DNA of 64,000 nucleotides from a virus. The position numbers and the translations under genes were made by a program. Under the pieces are notes generated by a model that saw only the letters and a program-made list of their open reading frames with translations, made no database searches and was not told where the DNA came from. Numbering within the stretch: position 1 is the stretch's first letter; each line of letters starts with the position of its first letter. Positions 32,929 through 41,276 of the stretch are shown here, one piece after another. The DNA lies in the IMG/VR virus record IMGVR_UViG_3300020215_000004; one strand, 5' to 3'.

Positions 32929-33348
32929 ATGTCTAAACACAAACAGAGGCGCAGCCTTCGCAAGAAGGCCCGCTTGAAACGTGCGGCGGTCATCGCGCTC
33001 TACGGGCGCCGATGCTTCTATTGTTCGGTGGAATTGGTCGAAGGCGAGCCCAACGGTTCGCCTGTGCAGTTCACGCTCGATCACGTTCGCGCGCTCTCGC
33101 GTGGCGGCACGAATGACATTGAGAACCTGCGTCCCGCTTGTCCCGGCTGCAATCAGGCGCGCGGCAACGGCGATCCTTTGCCGGGTCCAGTGAAGATCAA
33201 AGCGCCAAATCCGCCGCGACCACCGAGCGCGTTTGATCTATCGTACGGATGCGAAGATGAGCAGGGCAGGCGAGAGCTTCGCCTTGCTCGCGCAGCGCGT
33301 CTTGGCGTGACGGATGCGCGCTTTTTGCCAAACAGCAAATCATGTTAG
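32929..33348 (+). CDS. HNH endonuclease
   Basis: CFYCSV...LDHVRALSRGGTNDIENLRPACPGCNQARG. True start is ATG 32929; the longer track ORF runs through the tRNAs. Confidence 0.75.
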   Translation: MSKHKQRRSLRKKARLKRAAVIALYGRRCFYCSVELVEGEPNGSPVQFTLDHVRALSRGGTNDIENLRPACPGCNQARGNGDPLPGPVKIKAPNPPRPPSAFDLSYGCEDEQGRRELRLARAARLGVTDARFLPNSKSC

Positions 33349-33384
33349 GATACGGCACGCTCGGTGCAATACGGGAGTAGTTAA

Positions 33385-33507
33385 GTGTCCGACATTTTGG
33401 AGCGGCTCACCGAACTGCCCGCGCGGACACGCGCGCTCATCAGCATTTTGGGCGCGGTCGTTTTGACCGTGCTCATTTTAGCGCTTTTCTCCGCCCTGAA
33501 TCTGTGA
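33385..33507 (+). CDS. possible 40-aa TM peptide
   Basis: GTG start. Sequence LISILGAVVLTVLILALFSALNL. Below the cutoff and weakly supported. Confidence 0.15.
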   Translation: MSDILERLTELPARTRALISILGAVVLTVLILALFSALNL

Positions 33508-33548
33508 GCCAGGGATTCCGCGCCGCCAAATCACCTTAGAATGATCGC

Positions 33549-33758
33549 ATGCCAAAGCCACGTATCCTGCTGCACTTCTCGCGCGAACACGGCTTCTCAT
33601 GGTGCGCGGAGGAGGGCGTCGAAGTCGTTTGCATCGACAGCAACGCTCGCGAAGATGACCGCATCTACGTCACGCAGGGAGAAGCCACGCCAGAGCAATT
33701 TGATGAAGGCGTGGACCGTGCAATCCGTAATGAACCACACGATTACAAGCTCTCGTAG
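33549..33758 (+). CDS. hypothetical protein
   Basis: 69-aa ORF in a more AT-rich stretch. No motif recognised. Confidence 0.35.
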   Translation: MPKPRILLHFSREHGFSWCAEEGVEVVCIDSNAREDDRIYVTQGEATPEQFDEGVDRAIRNEPHDYKLS

Positions 33759-33766
33759 AGGAGCCA

Positions 33767-34051
33767 ATGAAAACCTTTCCGCTCTTGGAAGCCGCCGCGG
33801 ACCTGCCTAGTGTTCGAAAGCTCGGTCGCGCGAAGGGCATAACGTCGATGGAGGCGGCCCGGCGCGTCTTTAAGCGTCTCGGATGGACAGCAAGGCACCG
33901 CGCCGCTGGCACGAAGCGGCTAACACATGATCGCGATGAGCAGCTTTCTCCGCGTGTCTGGTCGCTGATGAGCGAGATAACAATGGCGGCTGGCGCAATG
34001 CTCGATGCGTCTCAGTCCCCGAATGTAACTACCTATTCCCAACGGGACTAA
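33767..34051 (+). CDS. hypothetical protein
   Basis: 94-aa ORF, 8 nt after the previous one. Possible HTH (ITSMEAARRVFKRLGW). Confidence 0.35.
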   Translation: MKTFPLLEAAADLPSVRKLGRAKGITSMEAARRVFKRLGWTARHRAAGTKRLTHDRDEQLSPRVWSLMSEITMAAGAMLDASQSPNVTTYSQRD

Positions 34052-34077
34052 TGGCGCGCGCCGAGAGAATCGAACCG

Positions 34078-34803
34078 CTAGGCGCTCTCTGGCTCGCGTT
34101 TCCACGCCCATGAGCCCCAGCCGCCATAGCGCACGCGACTGTTCAGCACTGAGCCGACAAGCACGCCGACGCCTTCGGCAATTGAGCGGCACGGCCCCGT
34201 GGTGATGCCGTACGTGGCGTCATCTCCGCAATCCCATGAGTTTTCGCCTTTGCCGGGGAAGGGGATGCCCTTCTCGACGTTGATCTGAACGCGCTTGATC
34301 GTCTTGCGAAACCAGCGCGGCCGGCGCCACGTCCACTCTTGCAGTTCGGCCTTGGCTGGATACGCGCCCTCTGGCATCGGGATCATCACGTCGCGAGCCT
34401 CAAGCGTGCGATGATCGCACTTACTGCGCCCAAGCAGCAGATCAACAAAATTGATGTGGCCGTCTCGCCATTTTGGCGTCGTGCTCGACCACGACATGGG
34501 ATCGCACCAGAAACGCCAGCGAAGCGTCCCGTCGCTGAAGCTGATGTCTATTTCACGATCCTCGCCATAGTTGCGGTAGCGGCCTGGCACGGACACCCAG
34601 AGGCCGATAAGGCCGAGCCGCAGGCTAGTCTTCCATTTACCGTGACAGATGCCTGTGCCGACGCCAATCAAGCCATGTCGCCACGACAGTTCAATCGAAA
34701 GGAAGTCGCGACCGCGAATGTAGGACCACCAACGGAAGTTTCCACGCTCCACGCAATGATGTGTCCACCAAAGCCGCGCGCGCTCTGCTTCAACTCTGCT
34801 CAT
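34078..34803 (-). CDS. Trp-rich hypothetical protein
   Basis: AGGAG SD before ATG 34803. 241 aa with a conserved-looking GKGENSWDCGDDATYG. Last gene of a 3-gene minus-strand operon. Confidence 0.5.
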   Translation of the reverse strand: MSRVEAERARLWWTHHCVERGNFRWWSYIRGRDFLSIELSWRHGLIGVGTGICHGKWKTSLRLGLIGLWVSVPGRYRNYGEDREIDISFSDGTLRWRFWCDPMSWSSTTPKWRDGHINFVDLLLGRSKCDHRTLEARDVMIPMPEGAYPAKAELQEWTWRRPRWFRKTIKRVQINVEKGIPFPGKGENSWDCGDDATYGITTGPCRSIAEGVGVLVGSVLNSRVRYGGWGSWAWKREPESA

Positions 34804-34811
34804 GCTTGCTC

Positions 34812-35906
34812 CTAAAGGCGGTAGTGTTTGTCGATAAAGCCAAGATCGGGGTCGCCGCGCAGATGCCACTTGATCCAAGTCTTGTGCGTTTCGTAGTGGC
34901 GCCAGTGGCCGCGAACGAAGTGCAGGCGAGGGGATCGATGCTTGGTAGGTTCGTGCTCATCGGGCAGCGCCACAGCGCGCCCTCGGCGGTTCAAGCGAAC
35001 CACATGGTAGTCGGCTAACGGCGGCTTGCCCCGCTGTGCGCGCGCCTTGTTGAGCTTCTGCGGCGCTCGCACGGTCTCAGTCGTGATCACGTCCGCATCT
35101 AAAGCGATACACACCGCACGCACCTGACGGAGTAGAAGTTCAATCAGGTTTGTTGTCGGGATGTCCGCGCTGAAACCGGCTGTGGTTTGCGCGCTAATCT
35201 GCTCATTGCTTGCGGCGAGGATCAGCCAATTGAGCTTGGCCTCAAGCATGATCGCCGTGCCGGCGGCCCCGGCGTAAAGGGCGACGATGTGATTGTTGAT
35301 GCGAAACTCGAATAGAACCTCGTCGTAGGGGAGTGGGTATTCGCCCTCGCTCATCTCGATGGCATTAGCGAACGCCGCCGCCCAGTCGTGTTCGATGACA
35401 AACGGGATCGGTGCGATCTGGCCAATTTGCGCCAATACCTGCGATTGTTCAGCACTGAGGCAACGGACGCGGTTGGCGCGCCGCGCCTCCACAAAGCGAT
35501 GAGCCGCACTCCCGCCCGGCTTTTGAAGCCGAAACCCATCAGCCTTCCAGGCGCTGACCGCGGATCGAAACTCTGCCTTCGCCTCTTGCCAACTCTTCTT
35601 CTCGGCGGCGGCGCGATCCTCCTCTACCTCCTCCTTCAGGCGAGATAGGAAGAATTTGCGCGCGACACGCTTGAAGTCGGCGCCCGGCAAAATCGCATTG
35701 AGCTTATTGAGCAAATCGCCAGCCTGTTCCCGATCATGTTCGGTGATAGTGACGCCATCGCGATCAACGAACCGATGCGTCTCGCCCGTAATTTCCACAT
35801 CGACAATCTCAGCGACGCGCTGCGGGAGCACATGAAACTTCGGCTCGCCTTGTGTCAGGTCGATCACGTCGTCCATTTCAATCTTCTCGTACTTGACGCG
35901 GGTCAT
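34812..35906 (-). CDS. hypothetical protein (364 aa)
   Basis: Long ORF of normal composition. C-terminal basic motif LHFVRGHWRHYETHKTWIKWHLRGDPDLG. Overlaps the upstream gene by 4 nt. Confidence 0.55.
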   Translation of the reverse strand: MTRVKYEKIEMDDVIDLTQGEPKFHVLPQRVAEIVDVEITGETHRFVDRDGVTITEHDREQAGDLLNKLNAILPGADFKRVARKFFLSRLKEEVEEDRAAAEKKSWQEAKAEFRSAVSAWKADGFRLQKPGGSAAHRFVEARRANRVRCLSAEQSQVLAQIGQIAPIPFVIEHDWAAAFANAIEMSEGEYPLPYDEVLFEFRINNHIVALYAGAAGTAIMLEAKLNWLILAASNEQISAQTTAGFSADIPTTNLIELLLRQVRAVCIALDADVITTETVRAPQKLNKARAQRGKPPLADYHVVRLNRRGRAVALPDEHEPTKHRSPRLHFVRGHWRHYETHKTWIKWHLRGDPDLGFIDKHYRL

Positions 35907-36226
35907 GACTGCCCCGCGATCGGCTTGAGGTGTTTCACCGGCGCGCCAGGCGCTACATCCATCTTGGCTTCAAGGGTGTCGGCGCACTCACGCAGGGCAA
36001 CGATCATGTCGGCGCGCGCGGCGTTGGAGACGTAGCCGCTGTAGCCGTTACCTCCCGCCGTGAAGATGTGGAGCGCGAAACACATGCCGGGTGGCAGTGC
36101 GGCTTCGATGGTGTTGGCAAGGTCCTTGAGGCTAGCTTCGCCTTGGCGATACACGCCCTCCAGAGCGTCATCGGCTAGCGTCGATCTCTGAGCGCGCCCT
36201 ACGGGCAGTCCAGGTAATGTCGTCAC
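35903..36226 (-). CDS. hypothetical protein (107 aa)
   Basis: First gene of the operon next to attP. No motif recognised. Confidence 0.45.
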   Translation of the reverse strand: MTTLPGLPVGRAQRSTLADDALEGVYRQGEASLKDLANTIEAALPPGMCFALHIFTAGGNGYSGYVSNAARADMIVALRECADTLEAKMDVAPGAPVKHLKPIAGQS

Positions 36227-36314
36227 GCTCTCTCTCCATTCCGGTCATGAGTAGAAAAAGGGGGTGCGCCCCGGCTTGGAGCGCTCGTTACGCATCGCTC
36301 GCGCAACAATCGCG

Positions 36315-36335
36315 CCCGGCACAAAACCCGGCACA
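36315..36335 (+). repeat. two tandem arm-type repeats CCCGGCACA (P arm)
   Basis: Copies at 36315-36323 and 36327-36335. The extended match AAAACCCGGCACAG recurs at 36544-36557. Confidence 0.6.
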
Positions 36336-36397
36336 GGGGCAGAGGTTTAGCGGTGCAAGCGCTTTGATTTGACGCGCGAAAGTCGCTTACGCCATTG

Positions 36398-36459
36398 CGG
36401 TCTTGAAAACCGGCGTGGGTGCAAGCCCACCGTGGGTTCGAATCCCACTCCCTCCGCCA
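36398..36459 (+). other. attP core: 3' fragment of tRNA-Ser (TGA)
   Basis: Anticodon arm (loop CTTGAAA), long variable arm, T arm GTGGG-TTCGAAT-CCCAC, acceptor 3' strand TCCCTCC-G-CCA. No D arm or 5' acceptor upstream. Integrase adjacent. Confidence 0.7.
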
Positions 36460-36547
36460 GATCAACGGCTTAGCCGGATAGGCCTGGAACAAGACCGGAA
36501 CGGAAAACGCAGGTGGCGCACCGAACGCACGACGCACCGTCGCAAAA

Positions 36548-36556
36548 CCCGGCACA
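36548..36556 (+). repeat. third arm-type repeat CCCGGCACA (P' arm)
   Basis: Same 9-mer and orientation as 36315/36327, on the other side of the core, next to the int stop. Confidence 0.55.
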
Positions 36557-36574
36557 GCGATTTTGGATGACGTT

Positions 36575-37663
36575 CTAGCCATGTTCGCCCCTGATCGCCG
36601 CCACCTCGGCAGGGGAGGCGAGTTCTTTGGCAAGGGCCACTTCCTCGTCCGTCAGGAAGTCGAGGTAGCCTTCGGTGGTTTTCACCGACGTATGGCCGAG
36701 CAGGCTTTGCAGGCGATAGATCGAGCCGCCCGCCTTCAGGAAGCGGATCGCGTACTCATGGCGCAGATCGTGAAGGCGGAAGCTCTTGAACGTCCAGCCC
36801 TCGCGCTCGGCGCGGCGTAGCGCCTTGGCGCGCACATCCTCAAACGCGCGCGAGAGATTGGTGAGCTTGTCGCCGTTCGGCTTGGCGAACACGTAAGGGC
36901 TTCCCATGACGGCCGGCGCCGAGCGCAGATGGCGCATCGCTTCTTCCGTGAGCTGGCGCGTGCGGATGCGTCCGCCCTTCGTGCGGAACGTCACGATGCC
37001 CGTTGTCCAGTTGACTTGCGCGCGCTGAAGCGAGGCCGCGTCAACGTTCAAACGGAAGCCTGACGCCAACAGGAATTGCAGCAGCGCCGCCCACATCGGC
37101 GAGGCTTCCTTCACGCACGCATCAAAGCTCTTCATGCACGGCCGCTGAATGGGCTCGCGCGTGTCGCGGATAGTTGAGCGATCCCATTCTCGAGCTGGGT
37201 TGTCGTCTCGATAACCATGCGCGACGCAATGCGAGAGGAGGCGTGAGAGCGCGGTGATGTCGCGCTTGATCGTGGCGTTGGACACCTTGTCTTCGGTGCG
37301 CCGCTTCAACACGTACTCGCCGATCTTGCGGCGCGTGATCTCGTGCTGCTTGAGCGAGCCGAAGGTGTCCTTAAGCTTAAGGATGGAAACGCCGTACCGA
37401 TCGCGCGTCGATTGGCTGCGCACGCCCATTCCCGCTTCGGTCCATTCCAGCGCCGCGCGGTTGAACGTAACGTCGGACACATCGCCCGCTCGCTCTTTCT
37501 CAGCGAGCGCCTGCATCTCCTTTACCTTGCGACGCGCCTCGACCGGATCGCTTGTATTAAGGCTTCTTCTTCGGTCTTCGCCGTTGACTTGAATGCGGAC
37601 ATAGGCGCGGCCGTTGCGCCAGAGGATGTTCTTGTCCGGCGAGGAGCGGGCTCTTTTCGACAT
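36575..37663 (-). CDS. int: tyrosine integrase
   Basis: C-terminal HDLRHEYAIRFL ... LLGHTSVKTTEGYLDF (R..HxxR..Y catalytic signature). N-terminal arm-binding-like WRNGRAYVRIQVNG. Confidence 0.85.
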   Translation of the reverse strand: MSKRARSSPDKNILWRNGRAYVRIQVNGEDRRRSLNTSDPVEARRKVKEMQALAEKERAGDVSDVTFNRAALEWTEAGMGVRSQSTRDRYGVSILKLKDTFGSLKQHEITRRKIGEYVLKRRTEDKVSNATIKRDITALSRLLSHCVAHGYRDDNPAREWDRSTIRDTREPIQRPCMKSFDACVKEASPMWAALLQFLLASGFRLNVDAASLQRAQVNWTTGIVTFRTKGGRIRTRQLTEEAMRHLRSAPAVMGSPYVFAKPNGDKLTNLSRAFEDVRAKALRRAEREGWTFKSFRLHDLRHEYAIRFLKAGGSIYRLQSLLGHTSVKTTEGYLDFLTDEEVALAKELASPAEVAAIRGEHG

Positions 37664-37851
37664 GCCTTCTCGTAGCGTTGTCGTTTCCATTTCGCCAAGC
37701 CCTCCAAGTCGAAAGTCCAGATCCGGCCCACCTGGTCTGCGTAAGGGTGAAGATCGCCGCGCTTTGCCATCGCCTGCACCTCGCGCACCGACACGCCCAG
37801 GATCGCGGCTGCGTCCTTGGCTCTGCCTGGAGGGGAGGGGTGCGCGGACAT
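37522..37851 (-). CDS. xis: excisionase-type HTH protein
   Basis: AAILGVSVREVQAMAKRGDL...WTFDLEGLAKW (HTH_17/MerR-like excisionase pattern). 3' part overlaps the int start in another frame. Confidence 0.5.
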   Translation of the reverse strand: MSAHPSPPGRAKDAAAILGVSVREVQAMAKRGDLHPYADQVGRIWTFDLEGLAKWKRQRYEKACRKEPAPRRTRTSSGATAAPMSAFKSTAKTEEEALIQAIRSRRVAR

Positions 37852-37854
37852 TGC

Positions 37855-38070
37855 CTAACTGATGCTTTGTCCGCGCGTCATCGCACGATCAACGACGCGG
37901 AAAGCGCGCGGCACGGCAAACCAGAAAACACTCACGACGCCCATGCCTACCCATACGCCTTGGTTGTACGGCCCTGCGGACGCAGTGAGCGAATGCAACG
38001 CAGCCGCGACGGCTAATGCCGCCACGACAATACCAGCGAAGCTGCCCAGGTAGAAAAGCGCGCGCTTCAT
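37855..38070 (-). CDS. small 2-TM membrane protein
   Basis: MKRALFYLGSFAGIVVAALAVAAAL...GVWVGMGVVSVFWFAV. ATGA coupling upstream. Confidence 0.4.
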   Translation of the reverse strand: MKRALFYLGSFAGIVVAALAVAAALHSLTASAGPYNQGVWVGMGVVSVFWFAVPRAFRVVDRAMTRGQSIS

Positions 38071-38261
38071 TTTGCCCTCGCGTAGTAGGAACCAGTGCCG
38101 AACTTTTCGAGCGAGCGGCGCAGCAGTTGAAGAAAGCCGCCCGCGAAGTACGCCGCACGCTGGCAGGAATGGCAGAGCGCAATGCCCGGCCAATCCGCGC
38201 CAGCGATGCGAGGCACTATCGGGTCAGTCAGCATGGCCCGCGTAGTTTGCCGGCAACGCAT
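38067..38261 (-). CDS. hypothetical protein (64 aa)
   Basis: Start and stop overlap the neighbouring ORFs in the coupled early-left chain. Confidence 0.3.
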   Translation of the reverse strand: MRCRQTTRAMLTDPIVPRIAGADWPGIALCHSCQRAAYFAGGFLQLLRRSLEKFGTGSYYARAK

Positions 38262-38533
38262 TAGGCTGCCGTCGCATTCCCGTTTGCAGAGACAGCAATC
38301 CCCAAGGGCATGTCCCCAAGGGCCAACGCGCGCCCTTTCTCGGCGTAGCGAAGGACCGACTCTTGGAAGTCCACTTCTAGGCGTGTCATCGCAATGATCT
38401 GCGCCGCAAGCTTCGCCACTGCTTGCGCCTTCTGAGGGTTTCCTTCGCCGGAGCGCAACTCCTCAATTTCTGCGAACAGGGCGTCACGCAGACCTTGCGC
38501 GCTGCGCGTCACGTTGCTCTTTGCCTTTGCCAT
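38261..38533 (-). CDS. hypothetical early protein
   Basis: 90 aa, helical, part of the minus-strand early chain. Confidence 0.45.
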   Translation of the reverse strand: MAKAKSNVTRSAQGLRDALFAEIEELRSGEGNPQKAQAVAKLAAQIIAMTRLEVDFQESVLRYAEKGRALALGDMPLGIAVSANGNATAA

Positions 38534-38545
38534 TTCTCTTCCTCC

Positions 38546-38755
38546 TCAAAACAACATGCCAACCGCGAGGCCCGAGTCGAAATCATCACGTCGCTGAAGG
38601 ACGTACCCCGCCGCGTTCAGCGCCGCATGCAGCGACTCCGCTTCGCGCTCCCAGCGAGCCACGAAAACACCGGGCGCCTTTTCCCAACCATCATCGGGAT
38701 TCAGACCAAGATCGGCGCAAAGTGCGCGGGCTACAGCTTCGATTGGGTCGCTCAC
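38546..38755 (-). CDS. hypothetical early protein
   Basis: 69 aa, acidic, part of the early chain. Confidence 0.4.
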   Translation of the reverse strand: MSDPIEAVARALCADLGLNPDDGWEKAPGVFVARWEREAESLHAALNAAGYVLQRRDDFDSGLAVGMLF

Positions 38756-38780
38756 TTTACTTACTCCTAAATCGCCTCAC

Positions 38781-39077
38781 TCAAGCCATGCGACTAAGCG
38801 CATCGAACTCTGCCTGCGTCTTCACGATGGCGTCAGCATCGGCGGCTGAGTGGCCAAACATGCGCGCACGCATCAACGCCTCGGGCTTGTCAGTCTCGGT
38901 CGGAACGACGATGAAGCACGCCGGCTTCAACGCGCACCGCTTAGCTTCATGGTAAGCGCGCTCCGTCCTGCCGTAGGCCACCTCCATGCACCGCCCACAG
39001 CGCGCGCCAAGCCGCATGCACAGCGAGCCGTCCGAATAGCGAAGCTCGCGAACCCCTTTGTCTTCCAGGTCCAACAT
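38781..39077 (-). CDS. hypothetical early protein, Cys-rich
   Basis: Internal ATG 39077 follows the upstream stop. CMRLGARCGRCMEV...C..KPAC suggests metal binding. Confidence 0.4.
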   Translation of the reverse strand: MLDLEDKGVRELRYSDGSLCMRLGARCGRCMEVAYGRTERAYHEAKRCALKPACFIVVPTETDKPEALMRARMFGHSAADADAIVKTQAEFDALSRMA

Positions 39078-39079
39078 GC

Positions 39080-39328
39080 TCACGGCGCATCCTCCTTGCT
39101 CGGGCGCGTGCCTTGCGGGTAGGCGCCGACATATTCCAGCACGCCAGGAAAAGTCAGCCGCGCGAGCTGCGCGCGATCGAGGCCATAGGTCTCTGCCGTT
39201 TCCTTGGAGGGCCACTCGCGCGGGTCATCAAAAACGATGCCGTCCTCGAGACTGCGAAACCAGTTGATCCACACGCGCGCCAAGCCGTGCAGCATCATCT
39301 CGCGAGTTTGCAGATCGGCGTCCATCAT
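39080..39328 (-). CDS. hypothetical early protein
   Basis: 82 aa, ATGA-coupled. Confidence 0.4.
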   Translation of the reverse strand: MMDADLQTREMMLHGLARVWINWFRSLEDGIVFDDPREWPSKETAETYGLDRAQLARLTFPGVLEYVGAYPQGTRPSKEDAP

Positions 39329-39624
39329 TTGTCCTCTTCGGCTAAGGCCGTGCTTGAGACATTCAACACACGATGCGCCTCGTTGAACTCGTCGTAGAGG
39401 AGGGGACGCAGATCGGCTTGCCGCGCTATGAAGCGCTCCAGCGCGCCGCGCAGATCGCGGACGTGCGCCAGCAGTGAGGGCGCCGCATCAGCCATCGCGC
39501 GTCGCGCATCTTGCCACTTACCACGCGCTACCGCGCCGACAGGGAAGTCGTTGTCCAGATCGGCGCGCGCCTCCACAGCTAGCGCGCACATCGCTTCCAA
39601 AGCTGCGAGTTCTGCCTCGGTCAT
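39325..39624 (-). CDS. hypothetical early protein, paralogue of 48884-49222 (N-terminal domain)
   Basis: Shares ARADLDNDFPVGAVARGKWQDARRAMADAAP with the other ORF. Confidence 0.5.
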   Translation of the reverse strand: MTEAELAALEAMCALAVEARADLDNDFPVGAVARGKWQDARRAMADAAPSLLAHVRDLRGALERFIARQADLRPLLYDEFNEAHRVLNVSSTALAEEDK

Positions 39625-39977
39625 TGGTCATGCCCCGGGCCGTCATCGCCGAGCGACGCTATCTTCGTGTTGATCGCACTTTCACAGCCTTCGCATGCGA
39701 TGTGGAAACCCTTGGCGTATTCGCTTGCCTCCTCCCACGAGAACGTGTTGTCGAGCCGATCCTCGTTGTGCTTGAGGTAATAGCGGCAGGCCTGCGCGCC
39801 ATCCTCCAAGCCATCTCGGTAGGCATTGATGGCTGCGTTTGCGAGTTCCGCCATTAGCTTGCTGAAGTCGTCGTCGAAGTCGTCGGGCTCCATGCCCTCA
39901 TCGAGGTTCAGCCCCAATAGCTTCTGCGCGCGCCTGTAGAGGCGGAAGAGGGCTTCGTGTGTGTCTTTGCGATCCAT
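39621..39977 (-). CDS. hypothetical early protein
   Basis: 118 aa, acidic, ATGA-coupled. Confidence 0.45.
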   Translation of the reverse strand: MDRKDTHEALFRLYRRAQKLLGLNLDEGMEPDDFDDDFSKLMAELANAAINAYRDGLEDGAQACRYYLKHNEDRLDNTFSWEEASEYAKGFHIACEGCESAINTKIASLGDDGPGHDQ

Positions 39978-40001
39978 AATTCCTCCGGGGAATATCCCGA
40001 A

Positions 40002-40376
40002 TTATTCCTGTTCGGACTGCGCACTCGATATTCCCGACGACCTCAGGGCAATTGCGCACCCCAGCACCTTGTGAGCCACCGTGGAGCGCTGCTCGCGCTC
40101 TTCCGGCGTCATCGAGCGCCCAGTGGTTTTGTGAACCGGATCGTACTCGCCAATCCAAAACGACGTGTCGCCGTCTGAGCGGTAGTTGTCCGGGATCAGC
40201 GCAAACATCGCCCTGAATCCCTCCATCTCCTTTGTGAGGGAGGCGAGGGCGTCGGCGGCTTCCTGACAGAGCAGGTAGGCAGAGTACGGCTCTAAGCTGC
40301 AATGCTCCTCGTCGGTGTCGCGAAGCCGCGCAATGAGCGTGTCGCGCAAGTGCTGGCACATCTCGTCGTGGTTCAT
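40002..40376 (-). CDS. hypothetical early protein
   Basis: 124 aa of normal composition. Confidence 0.45.
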   Translation of the reverse strand: MNHDEMCQHLRDTLIARLRDTDEEHCSLEPYSAYLLCQEAADALASLTKEMEGFRAMFALIPDNYRSDGDTSFWIGEYDPVHKTTGRSMTPEEREQRSTVAHKVLGCAIALRSSGISSAQSEQE

Positions 40377-40621
40377 GGACGTGTCTCTCCCTGGGCCATT
40401 GCTTTGAGTTCGACCAAAGCGGCATAGGCCATGGCGCGGCAGGCGCTCGGATCAACGCGGTAGAAGTCCTCGTCATTCATGCGGCGCGCTAATTCTTCCA
40501 CCAGCGCCTCATCCTCGGGATCGAGCGCGGCGAGGAGGGCGTGTCTGGCGCTCGCCTCCCACGTTGCGGCGATACCGAGATTGCGGAGCGCGTCGCTGGC
40601 GCGCGCGAGCATGTCGCTCAT
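40373..40621 (-). CDS. hypothetical early protein
   Basis: 82 aa, ATGA-coupled. Confidence 0.45.
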   Translation of the reverse strand: MSDMLARASDALRNLGIAATWEASARHALLAALDPEDEALVEELARRMNDEDFYRVDPSACRAMAYAALVELKAMAQGETRP

Positions 40622-40893
40622 TGGTCATTGTCTCCAGGTTCAACTGACTTGAGAGGGCCATCTTTGATTACGCGCTCGATGGCGTCTCGCACGCGCTTCG
40701 GCTTCAGCATGTTCATGCGCCGCGCGTGATCCTCCAGAATGGACGCAGCGAACAGGCGGCACGCCCGCACTGCGTCCTCTGTCCAGCCGCCCGGATTGCG
40801 CAGCACATGGATGACGGTGAGATTGTCGAGCTGATGCCAGCTTCCGTCGTTGTGCTGGATTTGCTCGACATAGACCTTCGGCGCTTCAGCCAT
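40618..40893 (-). CDS. hypothetical early protein
   Basis: Start moved to ATG 40893 (MAEAPKVYVEQ), which overlaps the upstream stop by 8 nt. Confidence 0.45.
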   Translation of the reverse strand: MAEAPKVYVEQIQHNDGSWHQLDNLTVIHVLRNPGGWTEDAVRACRLFAASILEDHARRMNMLKPKRVRDAIERVIKDGPLKSVEPGDNDQ

Positions 40894-41041
40894 CACTGTC
40901 TCCCTTAGACGTTGGATCGATAGAGCGATTGCGCACCCCGCAAGCGAAGTCATCAAGCCTGTCTGAGACCGCCTTCAGCGCAAGGACGAAGGCAATCGCC
41001 CCCACGCAGAAGAGCAGGGTGTAGGTTTCCGGCTCAGTCAT
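40886..41041 (-). CDS. 51-aa single-TM protein
   Basis: MTEPETYTLLFCVGAIAFVLALKAV. Only the 3' third of the 127-aa track ORF looks coding. Confidence 0.3.
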   Translation of the reverse strand: MTEPETYTLLFCVGAIAFVLALKAVSDRLDDFACGVRNRSIDPTSKGDSDG

Positions 41042-41276
41042 CGGACGGGGCCTCTGGAGTGCGCAACGCCACAGCGGCAGCAATGGCACGCGACAATGCG
41101 CTTGCTGGCGACGGGCCAAAGCCTTTTGCATCCGCGCCGCTCCATCCCGAAGAGAAGGGACTGTGGACCGACGCGAAGAAATCCTCGTCGCTCTCCGAGC
41201 CGAGGCGCGTTCCCGCCACCCACCAGTAGTCCGGCAGTAGCCGATCCAGGTCTGCAAGCACTTCATCAAACGTCAT
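41034..41276 (-). CDS. hypothetical early protein
   Basis: Internal ATG 41276 (MTFDEVLADLDRLLPDYWW). The upstream part of the track ORF is Arg-rich. Confidence 0.4.
   Translation of the reverse strand: MTFDEVLADLDRLLPDYWWVAGTRLGSESDEDFFASVHSPFSSGWSGADAKGFGPSPASALSRAIAAAVALRTPEAPSDD

Noticed and set aside
36223-36633. 136-aa minus-strand ORF between the unknown operon and int
   Set aside because: It translates straight through the tRNA-Ser fragment (WDSNPRW is the T-arm read backwards) and the attP arm repeats. It is non-coding.
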